A stretch of DNA of 64,000 bases, taken from assembly GCA_000004985.1 (NCBI GenBank), contig GG738898.1, one strand, 5' to 3'. Below, one piece after another: positions 61,201 through 64,000 of this stretch (within the stretch, counting starts at the first letter, position 1; each line of letters starts with the position of its first letter). This DNA is from Naegleria gruberi (lineage: Eukaryota). Below the pieces are notes generated by a model. The model made no database searches. It saw only the letters and a program-made list of their open reading frames with translations, and had not been told where the DNA came from. The position numbers and the translations under genes were made by a program.

Positions 61201-64000
61201 AGAGGGCATTCTTGACAGACTTGAAGATTGTTATTGTTTCTGTTTCTGGCTTTTGAATGAGCTGGTTAAGTTTTACATTTATCAGAGAAAGCTCATTCTG
61301 GAAAAATCTCAACTCCTCCTCAGCAAATTGTGGATATTTACGTTTAAAGTTGGTGAGGGAACTCTCAGCAATTTTGAGTAAATAATTAAGAGATTTGATG
61401 GCACGTATAAGTTTTTCTTTTGTTCCTACAGTCATATCATCAAGCTTAATCAAATCAAAATGCTTATTCAGGTAGAAAAGTATGAAACGATGACTCAGAC
61501 TGTACTGAAGAGACTTCTTGAAATCCTCAATGATAGAGATGGATGTTTCTGGAGAATCAACAAACTGAGCCAACAAAATACAAATCTTTTCAAAGACCTT
61601 CTGTAAAAGTTGACTCTCTTTGAATTCAAATGAATCACTTGTCTTTGGTTTGCCATACTTGTTGGCAATTCCAAGGAATGATGTCATTATCTCACGGAAA
61701 CATATAGTCGTATCGACTGTCTTGAAGTCAATATTGTTAATAATTGATTGAATGTTAGTTTCATCCATAATATCCCACTTTAAAAAGTCTCTCAGATTAG
61801 GATTGATCGCAATTGAAGTAGAGACAACATTAACAGCAAGACAGAGCTTGGCATTCTTTTGACACTTTTGTTTGATTGGTTCATTTTGGTCAAATTCATG
61901 AATATTCGTAAAGCCCTTTGTGAAATCATAGCATGGAAGAGGATCAATTTGAGTTTCATTTCCAAGTGTTAGAGTTCTGGTTCCATCATCAACATGGAAG
62001 TAAGCGAAAAAGTCTGGTGAAATTTCATATGCATTCTTCTTGGTATTTACAACATAAAATTCGAATACAATGATGGCAGATTGAAGTTGATGAGAATTTA
62101 CATTGACTAACAGAATTTCACTCCATGATGGGTTTTTCATTCTCACAATAGCACTATTAAAGAGTAAATTAAATTGTTTGATTATTCCTACTTACGATCT
62201 GTAAACTCTCTGCTTTCTATTGATATCACATTGAATAGTCATACCATCTTTGCCCTTTATGTACATCTTAGCTTCGACAAAGAGAGTCTTGACATTCTTG
62301 TTCAGAACATTCTTAACATTGATATAGATATCATTTCTAATATCGTCCGATATGATAGAACTGCTGAATCTTGTCATTGGAACGAGAGGAAGTTGAGAAA
62401 GTTGAGGATATTGCTTGTATGCTTTGTGATAATCTCCTGTGACCATACTGAGTGAAACATCAATTCCCATAATATCCTCTCTCTCAAGATTTTGATCATC
62501 ATTCATTACTTGATCGAGGAAGGAATCCAAATTGTCATTGCTCTTGAAGTTGAAAAAGGTAACCTCATGTTTAAGAGTGACACCACCAGCAAGTTCAGAA
62601 ACCACAGACTTGGTAAGTTTTGGTGAAACACCAACCGCCATAGGTATTCTGCAATCCAAAAAGGTCTTTCCATTGACTGGTGTGTCCAATTTAACTCTCT
62701 CCACTCTGAAGGCACGTACAAGAATGAGCATTTGTTCCCTCTCTATGAAAGCTCTTGAAACATCCTTGAAGAGTGCATAGAGATTTTGTCGTTGTCTAAG
62801 AGTTGCATCTTCCTCATCATGGTTGCCTGAGGAATTAATAGAAACATGTCNNNNNNNNNNNNNNNNNNNNNNNNNNNNNNNNNNNNNNNNNNNNNNNNNN
62901 AACTTGTCGCTATCTTCAAAACCTCTTCAGGGCCAGTAACACTCACTCTAGAATGATGCATGCTCGATGTGAAAATAACCAAATCTTCAGAAAGGAATGA
63001 TTTGGTAGAAATATCAAACAAACTAAATCTCCACTCCACTTTCAAATAGTAGGAACAGCCTCCAATTTCTATGGCCAATTGAGAGTTTCCTTCAGGTATT
63101 CTACTATATGATCTTCTCTTAGTCTTTAAAATGCTAAGGGCCAAATTACTCTCCTCCTTGTCAATAGTTTCCCAGTACATTTTGTACAAGTCGAAGAGAG
63201 GAGTATTGAGAGGTGACAATTTTTCGCCATTCTTCTTAATAACAACATCTTCACTAAAGAGAGATGCCCCCTCCTCTCTCAAGCTTACTTGAGATTTGAG
63301 AATTTCCTTCATTCTGGATTTGTAATTTTCCGAATCTTCTCTCCTCTGATAGGAATAATAATCAATGAGATAATTGATCATTCTAGCTTCAATTTCGAAT
63401 ACTCTCATGAATCGATCTCTGTTATCTTCCTGAGTTACCAAGGATTCAAAGTGACTCAAATTCCACTCATACACAGTTTCAATCATGGACTTGCAGAAAG
63501 GAACAGCCAAAAATGGTGAGAACCAATTATCCTCCAAGAAGGGAACAATTTCTCGTTGATAGTGTTGTGACATGTTTTGCAAGATTTCAACACTAGCTCC
63601 CAAATAGTTCGATTGTGCATAAATTTGTTCTGGAAAGACATTTCCAAGAGCTATCAATGCATTCGAAATGATAATATTTGCATTCTTTGGAGCTATGGCA
63701 AAAGCTGCATTGGAAGCAATGCTTTGGCTTCTTTTTCTGTCATGATTGCTACCTTTTGGAGAGAGTAATTTATCATTGTCATTACCACCACTGGAAAAGA
63801 TGTTATCTGCAAGGGAAGAAGTTCTCTGATTGGAAAATTCTTCTCTGCTAGCACTTGCTGAGAAAACATTTGACAAGTTCATACCTGACAAATTCAAACT
63901 AGCTCTCTTATTCTTTGAGGAATCATTGATAATACTTTGTCTCTTATCCACTGTTGGTGTGAGTGGCTTTCTTTCTGACTTTTCTGAAGGAGTTGGTGAT
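58268..64000 (-). CDS. DOCK-family Rho/Rac guanine-nucleotide exchange factor (DHR-1 C2-like and DHR-2 catalytic regions), 5' end beyond window; complement(join(58268..62153,62196..~62850,gap,62901..>64000))
   Basis: The C-terminal 1,290 aa contain a DHR-2-like region (…SLEVAIYYLELRIHAVQELVVSHKLNESNLLTASLDSELTGLIDP...). A 42-bp intron (GTAAGT...AATAG, 62154..62195) joins ...NRKQRVYRS to AIVRMKNPSW. The upstream exon carries a DHR-1/C2-like block (RNDIYINVKNVLNKNVKTLFVEAKMYIKGKDG). The frame changes across the 50-N gap at 62851..62900. The ORF is still open at 64000. Confidence 0.8.
62851..62900. other. assembly gap (50 N) inside DOCK gene
   Basis: Run of n characters; coding frame differs on the two sides. 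Confidence 1.

Noticed and set aside
1-64000. Prokaryotic interpretation (operons, CRISPR arrays, defence islands)
   Set aside because: Spliceosomal introns with GT-AG boundaries, A-run Kozak contexts, poly-Asn/Gln proteins and eukaryote-only genes (Ku80, DOCK, PDK1, F-box/SCF adaptors) show this is eukaryotic nuclear DNA. No direct-repeat/spacer arrays are present.

Overview
This 64-kb window is eukaryotic nuclear DNA, not prokaryotic. It is gene-dense and AT-rich, most genes have no introns or one to three short ones, and the introns and intergenic DNA are far more AT-rich than the exons. Donor sites are GTAAGT/GTTAGT/GTAGGT, start codons sit in A-run Kozak contexts (aaaaaATG), and the proteins carry poly-Asn/Gln/Ser tracts. 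Together with a class of ~40-bp micro-introns this fits a dictyostelid-like amoebozoan that is less AT-rich than D. discoideum; that placement is inferred from the sequence, not shown. Six runs of N are assembly gaps. Many 'M' residues at the start of track ORFs are TTG/GTG alternative starts, so I re-derived ATG starts and spliced models by hand. I call about 27 protein-coding loci and no rRNA. Recognisable ones are a PAS-PAS class III nucleotide cyclase, a bacterial-type PARG (DUF2263), a PDK1 homolog (kinase plus PH domain), MutY/MUTYH, Ku80, an ACAD10/11-type APH-acyl-CoA dehydrogenase fusion and a DOCK-family GEF (5' end beyond the window). Others are a membrane desaturase-like protein, a RING-H2 protein, an F-box protein, and a cluster of F-box-like/RNI-type LRR paralogs with one intact copy and two decaying ones. 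The most striking locus is an intron-less ORF of about 16 kb (~5,300 aa). It encodes a single-pass surface protein with a ~1,500-residue N-glycosylation-sequon-saturated Asn/Ser/Thr stalk, more than 55 tenascin-type EGF repeats, a GPS/GAIN-like autoproteolysis motif next to the transmembrane helix and a long cytoplasmic tail. Other points worth a second look are a signal-anchored gene with introns that carries bacterial-type cadherin-like repeats, and a Cache (dCache-like) sensor-domain gene converging on it across collapsed-repeat gaps. The cyclase domain keeps the metal-binding and adenine-specifying residues but lacks the transition-state Asn/Arg. There is also a tRNA-Gly-like hairpin with no T-arm in a divergent promoter.
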